Under the pieces are notes generated by a model, which was not told the DNA's origin, ran no database searches, and saw nothing but the letters and a program-made list of their open reading frames with translations. Of a stretch of 64,000 bases of DNA, positions 35,451 through 44,481 are shown one piece after another (the stretch's first letter is position 1; each line of letters starts with the position of its first letter). The position numbers were made by a program, and so were the translations under genes. Location of the stretch: contig JAWBWS010000001.1 of assembly GCA_038999725.1 (NCBI GenBank), positions 64,001-128,000 of the forward strand, written 5' to 3'. Source of the stretch: Candidatus Aenigmatarchaeota archaeon. GTDB lineage: Archaea > Aenigmatarchaeota > Aenigmatarchaeia > CG10238-14 > SCSR01.

Positions 35451-36988
35451 AAGTGAAGGTAAAAATCTTGGAGCTTGAAACAGGTGGCAAACCCATACTC
35501 ATAGTTAACAAGGAAGATGCTGAAGAGTTGGGGATAAGAAGCTTGTCTAGAGTTGTGATAAAAAAGGGGGGAAGAAAGTTAACTGGAATAGTCAACATAA
35601 CCACAAAACTTGTTGATCAAGGGAAGATTGGTGTTAGTGAAAGTGTTGCCAAAAATTTGAATTTAACCAACAGGGATGAAGTAGAAATTGAAGTTGCAAG
35701 ATTTCCCTCTTCCCTCCAACACATTAAAAATAAACTCAAGGGAAAAAAGTTGAGTTATGAAGAAATTTTTGAAATAGTTAGGGATGTTGTTGAAGGAAAT
35801 TTGAGTGAAGCTGAAATTGCCTCTTTTGTTGTTGCTTTGGAAACAAAAGGTTTAGATTTGGATGAAGCAGCAAGCTTATCTTTAGCAATGGTTGAAACTG
35901 GAAGAAAGCTTGAACTTAAGAAGAAAGTTATAGTTGATAAACATAGCATAGGGGGGATTGCTGGGGATAAAACTACTCTGCTTGTTGTGCCTATTGTTGC
36001 AGCTGCTGGCTTAACTATACCGAAGACTTCCTCTCGAGCTATAACAGGAGCTGCTGGAACTGCTGATAGGGCTGAATGTTTGATGCCTGTCAATTTAAGC
36101 ATAGAGGAGATGAAGAAGGTTATCGAAAAAACAAATGGTTGTATAGCTTGGGGTGGAGCTCTGCATTTAGCTCCTGCTGATGATGTGTTCATCCAAGCAG
36201 AATATTCTTTAACCATAGACCCATTACTTTTACCTTCTATAATGGCAAAGAAAAAGGCTGTTGGCGCCAAATTCTTGGTTGTTGACATACCAACAGGAAG
36301 AGGAGCAAAGATGAAAACCATAGGGGATGCTAGCTTGCTTGCAAAAGACTTCATCGAGCTTGGTAAACGATTGGAAATAAAAACTAGATGTGCTATAACA
36401 GATGGTGAGCAACCTCTAGGCTATGCAATTGGTCCTGCCTTGGAAGCAAAAGAAGCTCTAGAAGTTTTAATGGGAAGAAAAGTTCAAGATCTTGTAGATA
36501 AAGCTGCTCACCTAGCAGGAATTTTGTTTGAGATGGTTGGGAAGAAAAATGGTTATAAGTTAGCTCTTGAAATCTTGAAATCTGGAAAAGCTGAAAGAAA
36601 GATGAGGGAAATAATTGCAGTTCAAGGAGGGAATGAAAATATAAAACCAGAGGAAATTCAGGTAGGAGCAAACAAACTTGATATAATAGCTGAAAAAAGT
36701 GGTATAGTCCTTTGGCTTAATAATGCTGGAATAAATGAAGTTGCAAGAGCTGCAGGATCACCAAAAGATAAAGGTGCTGGCATATTGCTTTATAAGAAGC
36801 TGAATGACAAAGTCTCTAAAGGCGAAAAATTGTTGACAATATATGCAGAAAAATCAAGAAAGCTGGAGAGGGCGAGAGAAGTTTTTGAAGAGGGGAATGT
36901 AATTGGTATTGGTGATAGGAGAGAAATGTTAATTCAACAAATAGAAGAAATTCCAGTACACAAAAAGACTTTCATCCTTGAAAGATAA
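35447..36988 (+). CDS. AMP phosphorylase
   Basis: DKHSIGGIAGDKT, PKTSSRAIT, GTAD, ARAAGSPKDKGAG; archaeal N-terminal domain present. Confidence 0.94.
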   Translation: MKVKVKILELETGGKPILIVNKEDAEELGIRSLSRVVIKKGGRKLTGIVNITTKLVDQGKIGVSESVAKNLNLTNRDEVEIEVARFPSSLQHIKNKLKGKKLSYEEIFEIVRDVVEGNLSEAEIASFVVALETKGLDLDEAASLSLAMVETGRKLELKKKVIVDKHSIGGIAGDKTTLLVVPIVAAAGLTIPKTSSRAITGAAGTADRAECLMPVNLSIEEMKKVIEKTNGCIAWGGALHLAPADDVFIQAEYSLTIDPLLLPSIMAKKKAVGAKFLVVDIPTGRGAKMKTIGDASLLAKDFIELGKRLEIKTRCAITDGEQPLGYAIGPALEAKEALEVLMGRKVQDLVDKAAHLAGILFEMVGKKNGYKLALEILKSGKAERKMREIIAVQGGNENIKPEEIQVGANKLDIIAEKSGIVLWLNNAGINEVARAAGSPKDKGAGILLYKKLNDKVSKGEKLLTIYAEKSRKLERAREVFEEGNVIGIGDRREMLIQQIEEIPVHKKTFILER

Positions 36989-37006
36989 AAAAAGAAAGGG
37001 AAAAGC

Positions 37007-37288
37007 TTACTTTGCAAGAGTTATTGTTATTGTTGAAACATTGATCTTCGTCTTGTCTTCAAGCTCCTTTTCTTCAGTCCCTATTTCAATGTGTTTGACT
37101 TTTGCATCTGGAACAAATCTCTTGGTAACAATCTCTGCTACATCCACTGCTCTAGAAATAGCCTTTCCTCTTGCTTTTACCTGTACTTCCTTCTTGCCGT
37201 TGTTGAACTGGGTTATCACAGCCAACACATAAGCCATGGAAGGCTTCTTACCGACGAAGATCACATTGTCTTCTGACTTTTCTGCCAT
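37007..37288 (-). CDS. albA: Chromatin/RNA-binding protein Alba
   Basis: [38 protein letters not shown]. Confidence 0.96.
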   Translation of the reverse strand: MAEKSEDNVIFVGKKPSMAYVLAVITQFNNGKKEVQVKARGKAISRAVDVAEIVTKRFVPDAKVKHIEIGTEEKELEDKTKINVSTITITLAK

Positions 37289-37360
37289 TCAATCACACCT
37301 CCTGTTTTTGAGAGTTGTTTATTTAGGTTAATTAAATTTAGTTTAGAAATATTTAAAAGC

Positions 37361-38608
37361 TTATTCACAACCTGTACACCAATCTCCATGTGGGCATATA
37401 CAATTACCATTGGACTCTATGCAAGATGTTTCCTTATAACAGTTACTTGACTTTAGCTTAACCATAGCGTGAACGCTGAAAGTCAAATGTCTGTCACCTG
37501 AAACTGAAAGCAAATATTTATTATCGGTGCAAGAGAAAACTGCCTCCATTGAGCCTTTTGTCTCGGCCCAAGCTTTACACTTTTTGTTCGAACAAATGTC
37601 AGAAAAATAAATTTGGCTTTTCGGTTTTTGGAAGAAAGAAATTGATAATGGGATATAACCTAAGCTCTTACTCTCCCTCATTCCAAAGAGAATGGATTTA
37701 GAGCATAGTTCTCCTGATGCTTCTACAAAACAATTGTTGCAAGCAGGTGCATCTTCCCAATTCATGCATCCAAATGTGGTAGAACAAGGTACAAGCTCAT
37801 GATAGCAACCTATCAGATTTGTTGTACATTTAACATACTCATCAAAAGAATCTTGCAAAATTTTTCTCGCATCTTCAATCACATTCTCCAAACATAACTG
37901 AAATTCTGGGCAAGTTGATGAGCAAAATGCACAACCTCCAATATAATTAGAATTTCCACAAGCACATATTTCTGAAAGACAGTTACACACACCTCTAACC
38001 AAAATTTCTGACCCAAGAGGTAACCACTCCCTAAATTTCCTGTACATGTACCAAAACCTGTTCTGTGCTATTTGCTCATAAACCTCATTTGAAGATGTGA
38101 CAGAATTTTCTTCAAGTGTTATGTTAATTTTACTGCCGTAAGCACCAACACTAAATTTTTCATCATTATCTCCAGAAAGCACAGAAATTTCATTTACATC
38201 ATAATCAACACAAGTTGAGCTTGTTATGTTTATGACTGGTAAATCTTGAAGCTTAAAATTTCTCAGGTATTCATTTAAACTCCTCCTTGTTTCTTCTGAA
38301 AGGAAAAATCTTACTTCATCCACTTTTGGCGAAACATCACCATTGCAGATCCAACTTCTTGGAAAGCCTGAACTGCTTGTCTGTCCACCTTGACCTGCAA
38401 CATATTTTGTCTCAGCATAGACAGCAAAGATAAGGGCATTTCTCGTGAATCCCTTAACATAATCCAGATATTTTGAAATTTTGGAAAGTATTGTCTCTTG
38501 AATAATCCTTTGGGATGAAGTTGTGGTAGAAAATGTTGATATCAACCAAAAGATGAAAAAAACTGCTACAAGAAAAACCAAAACTAACAGACTCGATTGA
38601 GATTTCAT
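37361..38608 (-). CDS. Pilin-like (class III SP) Cys-rich surface protein
   Basis: MKSQSSLLVLVFLV N-terminus; Cys-rich C-terminal half. Confidence 0.7.
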   Translation of the reverse strand: MKSQSSLLVLVFLVAVFFIFWLISTFSTTTSSQRIIQETILSKISKYLDYVKGFTRNALIFAVYAETKYVAGQGGQTSSSGFPRSWICNGDVSPKVDEVRFFLSEETRRSLNEYLRNFKLQDLPVINITSSTCVDYDVNEISVLSGDNDEKFSVGAYGSKINITLEENSVTSSNEVYEQIAQNRFWYMYRKFREWLPLGSEILVRGVCNCLSEICACGNSNYIGGCAFCSSTCPEFQLCLENVIEDARKILQDSFDEYVKCTTNLIGCYHELVPCSTTFGCMNWEDAPACNNCFVEASGELCSKSILFGMRESKSLGYIPLSISFFQKPKSQIYFSDICSNKKCKAWAETKGSMEAVFSCTDNKYLLSVSGDRHLTFSVHAMVKLKSSNCYKETSCIESNGNCICPHGDWCTGCE

Positions 38609-38609
38609 C

Positions 38610-40142
38610 TCACCACACCTTTAAATGTAAGTAAATTATTTCTCCTCTCCAACTTGGTATTGGGATTGGGGCGAAAAATGTTGTAATCCTGTCTGTAGGC
38701 TTTGGTTTATAGCCAAACTCAACACTCTTTCCTGTTGTTATTGGAGGAGTATTGTAACTAGTGAAAAAGTTGTAAACATAGTGCCCTGAACCAAATTTAT
38801 TACTTATTTCAAGTTTAAGGTTCCTATCAAATCTTTGAATCTCGGTATTTAAACATGTAACCCAAATTTTGCCCAAGATGTCTATCCCCACCCCCGTTGG
38901 TTCTCTGCAAGTTTTGCTCCTGTCCAATTCATTACCATCTTTATCATATTTCACTATCAAGTCTTTTTCTGAAGAAACTGCATAGATGTTTTCCTCACCA
39001 TCTACCATTACTCCTCTACCTTTCCTTAATTCTGGTTTTTCTAGATTAAAGATGACTGAGCCTGTAGTTGTGTTGAGTTTTATTAGTCTTGAATCAGTCC
39101 AAGAATTAATTACAATACAATCTTCAGAATAGCATGGTGCTATTCCATACACCATATACCCTATATCTATTGGCTTAAAAATCTCAGTTGAAGGATTAAA
39201 CCCAAGTAATTTTTTTTGGTTAACAGCAGAAATCCAAACTATTCCATCTTTATCAACAAAACAACCATAAGGATTGACCCAAAGCTGAGCTAAATCCCAT
39301 TCATCTAAAATTTTACCGTCAATCGAAACTTTGAAGAATTTTTTCTCTCTATACAAACCAACATAAACAACATTTTCTTTTTCACTGAAACAAACTGCTC
39401 TAACACCTTCTGCCCCGAAATTTCCATAATCATTGCCCCCTAAAAAAACTTCTGCCAAAAGACATTCGTCCTCACCAAAGGGAAGAACCTCATTATCATC
39501 TATGATGCCATTGTTATTCAAATCTTCTGAAGTTTCAATTTTTCCATCACCATTCCTATCAACACATTGACCATTCTCTTTTAGACCAATCTTCACCAAA
39601 GTTCTTGTTCCTCTGTTACCAACCCACACATTCCCCTCTTTGTCTATAGATACTCTAGAGGGATTGCCATTTTTACCTTTTGGTACAGTATAATATCTCC
39701 CAAGCTCTCTTCCGTCAAGAATAGAAACTTTTGAAACAGAGTTACCAGAATCGGAATTTGGTATCCAGAGTACATGAAAAACTTCGGTCTTTGCTGTAAG
39801 ATTTAAGTTCCACTTATCTTGAAAGTGGAAATCGAAATACTCGTAAATCAATTTTGTCACATTTATTCCACCGTATTTTTCCCCGTAATTCACAATATCT
39901 TCTCCACCGTTAACAATCATATCACCAAGCATTTGGCCATAAGTTTTGTCGAATTTTGGAATTTTTATGTAAAAGAAGTTTCTTACAGCTTCAACCACCC
40001 TTTCATATTGGTATTGGGCGGAAACCATAGCCATAGATTCTTGACTCCTTGAAGAAGAAAAAAAGTAAGTGATGAAAAATAAGATTGAAACACCAACAAC
40101 TAAAATTAATAGATCCATTAATTCTGTGGTCTGGGCTTTCAC
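38610..40142 (-). CDS. Pilin-like protein with beta-propeller (Vgb/NHL-like) domain
   Basis: GTG start at 40142 (KAQTTELMDLLILVVG); repeats SIDKEGNVWVG, VDKDGIVWIS, IDILGKIWV; DxNxDG motifs. Confidence 0.75.
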   Translation of the reverse strand: MKAQTTELMDLLILVVGVSILFFITYFFSSSRSQESMAMVSAQYQYERVVEAVRNFFYIKIPKFDKTYGQMLGDMIVNGGEDIVNYGEKYGGINVTKLIYEYFDFHFQDKWNLNLTAKTEVFHVLWIPNSDSGNSVSKVSILDGRELGRYYTVPKGKNGNPSRVSIDKEGNVWVGNRGTRTLVKIGLKENGQCVDRNGDGKIETSEDLNNNGIIDDNEVLPFGEDECLLAEVFLGGNDYGNFGAEGVRAVCFSEKENVVYVGLYREKKFFKVSIDGKILDEWDLAQLWVNPYGCFVDKDGIVWISAVNQKKLLGFNPSTEIFKPIDIGYMVYGIAPCYSEDCIVINSWTDSRLIKLNTTTGSVIFNLEKPELRKGRGVMVDGEENIYAVSSEKDLIVKYDKDGNELDRSKTCREPTGVGIDILGKIWVTCLNTEIQRFDRNLKLEISNKFGSGHYVYNFFTSYNTPPITTGKSVEFGYKPKPTDRITTFFAPIPIPSWRGEIIYLHLKVW

Positions 40143-41536
40143 ACAATCACCTTTAAAGTATCGTCTTGATTTTTGGTGTAAACCTTGTATTTCCCAGGCG
40201 AAAGATTGAAAGATTCTATTTTTTTGTTGCAACCAAGTCTTTGGCAAATTTTCTTTCCCCCAATTTCTAGACATATTTTATTTACAGAAGATTCAAAAGA
40301 AAGTGGATAATGAAAGGTGAATGTATCTTGAAAATCTGTGTTTGTTAAACAACTCTTGTCTAAGAAACCTCTGAACTCTTCTAGCTCTCCGTCCACAATT
40401 GTTATAGTTATCTTTCCGGGGATTATCGTTGTTTCATCGACTAGAACATTTATTGGAGAGGAAATCGAAATAACTTGCCTTAAAGCTTCCTTTTCTGAAA
40501 ATTCCTCATCACCAAAACTCCATATCATGGGGGGAATTTCCACATCAAGATATTCTTTTGATTTTGAGACAAGCTCTTCACATGTTCTTGCATCAAAGAA
40601 TTGGCCATTGGTTAGTGATGCTATTTCTTCTAGTATTACCACATCCGCATCTGAACCATATGCAACTGTGTAAACTGGAATACCTGTGAATATATAGCTC
40701 TTCGAAACTTGGATGCTCGAGCCACATATGTTTTCTATTCCGTCAGTGAGCAAAACTATGGCTTGACCGCCATTTGATGTAGCATATTCGAACCCCTTTT
40801 TAAGGCCAGAAGCCATGGGCGTGGAATCGAGGGGATTGAGTGAAGAAATTTTAGCTTTAAGACTATTCCTTATTTGCAAGTTATTCAATTTTGTGAAGGG
40901 GAAAAGCAATTTTGGATTACAACTATTTTCATCTCCATAAGGAATTACGGCAATTTCACTTTCATCACTCATTTTTTCAATAAAGCCATACATGAAAAGT
41001 TTTAAACAACAGATTTTTGTGTCTTTAAGCACATCAGCATCACATTTACCACCAAAGTCAAACATACTTCCCGAGACATCTAGAACAAAAACCACTTTTT
41101 TACCATCTATTAGAGAAAATAATTTTTTGAAGACAGCTCCCTCGAAATTACTCCCTCTTATAAGTTCAAAAGAACTTATGTTTAAAGGAAGTGTCTCTAT
41201 TTTAACCTTATACCCAAACTCAAAATCCCTTGCACATGTGGGTTGCATGTCTTTGAATTTCAAGAAGTAGTCGAGTTTTTCCTTATCTAAAATTCTATGG
41301 GAACTAAGGTTTATTGCTCTTTTCTCCACACCACCTTTTTCCTTGTAGGCTAAGCAATTGATATTGCCTGTAAGAATATCCAACAATCTATTTGCCCTTT
41401 CTGTGAGCAACAGGCTCTTTTCTTGTTTAACAGAAATGAGGTTGGAGTAAAAAATTTCGTTGAGAAAAATTGCTATGGTAACTAAAACCAAAATAATGTA
41501 AATTCCCTTTATGAGCAAACTTGTTTGACCCCTCAT
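40139..41536 (-). CDS. Pilin-like protein with von Willebrand A domain
   Basis: MRGQTSLL; MIDAS FVLDVSGSM, STPM, VLLTDG, YTVAYG. Confidence 0.85.
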   Translation of the reverse strand: MRGQTSLLIKGIYIILVLVTIAIFLNEIFYSNLISVKQEKSLLLTERANRLLDILTGNINCLAYKEKGGVEKRAINLSSHRILDKEKLDYFLKFKDMQPTCARDFEFGYKVKIETLPLNISSFELIRGSNFEGAVFKKLFSLIDGKKVVFVLDVSGSMFDFGGKCDADVLKDTKICCLKLFMYGFIEKMSDESEIAVIPYGDENSCNPKLLFPFTKLNNLQIRNSLKAKISSLNPLDSTPMASGLKKGFEYATSNGGQAIVLLTDGIENICGSSIQVSKSYIFTGIPVYTVAYGSDADVVILEEIASLTNGQFFDARTCEELVSKSKEYLDVEIPPMIWSFGDEEFSEKEALRQVISISSPINVLVDETTIIPGKITITIVDGELEEFRGFLDKSCLTNTDFQDTFTFHYPLSFESSVNKICLEIGGKKICQRLGCNKKIESFNLSPGKYKVYTKNQDDTLKVIV

Positions 41537-42105
41537 CTCACAACCTTTATCTTATACATAAGAAAAATTATTAGCACAGCCATACTGCCAATAAGAATCA
41601 AGTATAGGTAAGTTGGAGTTGTTGGTGAAGAAGGAGTTGTAATGGAGCAATCATCTCTACAGTTTAAAAAGGTTTCTCCTCTCCATGGCTCACAGACGCT
41701 ATTAAAATTGCAAATTTTGATGGAAAAAATCAAACTATCACCATGATAAATTTCTATTCTCTCCGCCTCTTCAAAATAAGGTAAACGTATGTTGATTAAG
41801 ATTTTCTCAAGATCTTTTGGTTCTTCTGCGAATGTTTGATAATGGATTGTAAATGATATTCCCAAATTAGATTTGAACAACCTTTCATTTTTGTAAGAAA
41901 TGATTTGGATGTAATAGCCAGTATCGGTGGAGGGGAAATGGCTTTGCATCCCAACCTCTACAGAAAATTTTTCTAAAACTACAGTATCGTTCTTGAAAAT
42001 TATGAGTAGTAGAGAATAGATTTTTTCTTCTTTTATTTCTTGAGCTTTGATTGTGGAAAAAATGATTAGAAAGCTTAACACTAACACAATAAAGTTAAAT
42101 CTCAA
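41533..42105 (-). CDS. Secreted protein with C-terminal TM anchor
   Basis: Signal peptide, CNFNSVCE...NCRDDC, Ser/Thr/Pro linker, TM. Confidence 0.7.
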   Translation of the reverse strand: MRFNFIVLVLSFLIIFSTIKAQEIKEEKIYSLLLIIFKNDTVVLEKFSVEVGMQSHFPSTDTGYYIQIISYKNERLFKSNLGISFTIHYQTFAEEPKDLEKILINIRLPYFEEAERIEIYHGDSLIFSIKICNFNSVCEPWRGETFLNCRDDCSITTPSSPTTPTYLYLILIGSMAVLIIFLMYKIKVVR

Positions 42106-42109
42106 GTTA

Positions 42110-43381
42110 TCACCTACAATAATTACTTAACTCTCTCTCTAAATGAGCATAACTAGTTTGCCCAAATCTATTACCATAGCTACATCCTCTACCACAGTAA
42201 TCAAAACTGCACATTATGCTATTTTGTTCTGGTGTATTTGGACAACAATGTCCTACACCAGAACAACCAAATCTGCCTGTGTTACAAATGGTTGAAGGGC
42301 AGTTTGGACATAAAGAGTTGCCATATCCTTCGTCACACAAACCAAATGTATGTCCAAGCTCATGGCTACATACTTCTTCAATATTGCTGTCTGTCGTTAC
42401 AACAATTTCATAATTTTTTAAGGTATATCCAAGTACTCCACACACAGAAGACCCATGTTTAACACCAACTATCCTCGTGTATTTTCCACCATACCCCCAT
42501 TTATCTACACATTTTAGTAAATATTCAAAAGCGTTACATTCATCAGCTCTACAAATTTTATCTTCTATTGCTATTGCCTCAACATTCCATGGACATTTAG
42601 AAAGTGGTGTGAGAGAAACCCAAGCATTTTTACATTTTTGTGCCAATGAGTTGAAATTTGGAACTTGGGTATTCATTTGAACAAATAAGATGACAAATGT
42701 CGCTTTTTTACACCCAACATTCTCATCATTATATTCAATTTCACTCATACACCTTGGTTTACCCTCTTTTGGAGCTTCGCACCACTTTGGTTTATCAAGA
42801 GGGCAGCAATGTCCTTTGGTACAAATTGGTGTCTCAAATGGACAACATTCTCTCCCCAAAGAATCTTTTTTAACTTCTTGTGCCCCCACACAAATTCTCT
42901 CGCTAGGACAAATTGGTGCTTCCTCACATTTTTTGCTAGTTTGGTTACAATAGCCTGAACAACAAAGTAAGGAATCTGCACAAAATTCTCCAAATTCTAA
43001 ACATTTACACATTAAAACTATCTTTCCATCTTTTTTTAACAAAAGGATTTTTTCACAATCTTCAAATCGATTTTCCACAATCTCAAGAGCTCTTGAGAAA
43101 CTACTTTGCTTTCCAGAAATTTTATCAAAAAGTTTAACCACATTATTCTCAATTTCAATCCTGTATTGTTTTATGCTCGGATAATAAACAAAGGCTACAT
43201 CACCTGTTGTTGCTATAGCTCTATCAACTATAGCTTCCAAATCTTTTGCAAAAGATGAAACAACTTCTTCTTCACCTAGCTCTTGTTGAGCGATGTAAAT
43301 TCCTCTCAATTGAAAAACTGTAATACCAACTGCAATCAAAACTCCAATACTCAAAATTATTTCTGTTGCTATAGCTTTCAC
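42110..43381 (-). CDS. Pilin-like protein fused to Cys-rich linker and metzincin-type protease
   Basis: MKAIATEIILSIG; HELGHTFGLCD; Met-turn-like NSIMC. Confidence 0.8.
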   Translation of the reverse strand: MKAIATEIILSIGVLIAVGITVFQLRGIYIAQQELGEEEVVSSFAKDLEAIVDRAIATTGDVAFVYYPSIKQYRIEIENNVVKLFDKISGKQSSFSRALEIVENRFEDCEKILLLKKDGKIVLMCKCLEFGEFCADSLLCCSGYCNQTSKKCEEAPICPSERICVGAQEVKKDSLGRECCPFETPICTKGHCCPLDKPKWCEAPKEGKPRCMSEIEYNDENVGCKKATFVILFVQMNTQVPNFNSLAQKCKNAWVSLTPLSKCPWNVEAIAIEDKICRADECNAFEYLLKCVDKWGYGGKYTRIVGVKHGSSVCGVLGYTLKNYEIVVTTDSNIEEVCSHELGHTFGLCDEGYGNSLCPNCPSTICNTGRFGCSGVGHCCPNTPEQNSIMCSFDYCGRGCSYGNRFGQTSYAHLERELSNYCR

Positions 43382-43409
43382 AAATATATGTTGGAAATCA
43401 GATAAAAAA

Positions 43410-43931
43410 TCAAGTGATTGTAATTAAAACTTCATCTCCAAAGCTCTTATTTATCAAAACTTCATAATCTCTTCTTGGTGATCTTCCCAAAATTTTGTTC
43501 ACAGCAACAAAAATATCTTCATGCTCAGGCAAAACTCCCAAATAAGGCATTTGAATCTTACAAGGAAAGTGTTTTGGTGGTTCTTGACAACATCTTAAAT
43601 ATTGTTCATCTTTAAATTGCAAACAAATATTCTTTCCATAACTAACCTCTTGATTTTTTATTTTACCTAAGACAGTTGGTAAGATGTTGTTGACATCTTC
43701 TGTTGCATAAATTACCCTTACCGCCATTGGGAAACTATATTTTTTGGTCAAAGAATTTCCCAATTCTTGAACACAAACTACATTCACACTATAGCATAAA
43801 TCTGAAAATTGTGTTAAAGCATCTTGCCTTTGAGAATAGTTTATTGTGTTAGAAAGTAAAGTGTAACCAATTACCATAGCAAGAACAGCAACTACTATTC
43901 CACCAAAAACATAAACCCACATTTCAGGCAT
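43410..43931 (-). CDS. Pilin-like membrane-anchored protein
   Basis: N-terminal hydrophobic helix MPEMWVYVFGGIVVAV; position within pilin cluster. Confidence 0.65.
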   Translation of the reverse strand: MPEMWVYVFGGIVVAVLAMVIGYTLLSNTINYSQRQDALTQFSDLCYSVNVVCVQELGNSLTKKYSFPMAVRVIYATEDVNNILPTVLGKIKNQEVSYGKNICLQFKDEQYLRCCQEPPKHFPCKIQMPYLGVLPEHEDIFVAVNKILGRSPRRDYEVLINKSFGDEVLITIT

Positions 43932-43956
43932 AAATAAGAATTGTATTTGTTAAAAC

Positions 43957-44481
43957 TTATTTTCCCCACTTCTTGTATAGCTCTTCATAAGATTTCTTTT
44001 TACCTCCTTTTTTCAAAAAGAAAAAGTAGGATAAAAAGAGAATTACCAATATCAATATTACAACTAAGATTATTAGTGTATAATCAACCCCACCTCCCTC
44101 GCTAGTTGGTGTGGGTTTAGTGGTTGTGGTTGGAAGTGTTGTTGTTGGTTTAGTGGTTGTGGTTGTTTCTTCAGCCATTCTTACTGTTATTAAAGTACAG
44201 TCTGATTGTGTTTTACCATCTTCACATAGAGCTTTTAAGTAATAGCTTCTTGCAGACTCTGGACTCCATTTCAAGTAGCCATTAGAAAATACAAACTCGT
44301 AGTCTGGCATCATGGTACACGTTGCTGAGGAAAAAATATCTACAATACCAGAATCACAATCAGTTATTGTACATCTACATTCTCCAACAAAGCAATTTTT
44401 GCAAATTACCTCTGCATAGACTAGAGGTTGTGATAGAAGAATTGTTATCAAAAATATGATGCTAATCTTTTTCATCAACAT
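43957..44481 (-). CDS. Secreted Cys-rich protein with Thr-rich stalk and TM anchor
   Basis: CKNCFVGECRCTITDC, TTTTTKPTTTLPTTTT, TM plus basic tail. Confidence 0.75.
   Translation of the reverse strand: MLMKKISIIFLITILLSQPLVYAEVICKNCFVGECRCTITDCDSGIVDIFSSATCTMMPDYEFVFSNGYLKWSPESARSYYLKALCEDGKTQSDCTLITVRMAEETTTTTKPTTTLPTTTTKPTPTSEGGGVDYTLIILVVILILVILFLSYFFFLKKGGKKKSYEELYKKWGK

Noticed and set aside
35755..36354. Long antisense ORFs (also 29759-30256, 24507-24941, 13257-13652)
   Set aside because: Shadows of well-supported genes, with no motifs of their own.
44107..44166. (GTT/GTG)n repeats, also near 45296-45327
   Set aside because: They encode Thr-rich linkers; not a CRISPR array or independent repeat.
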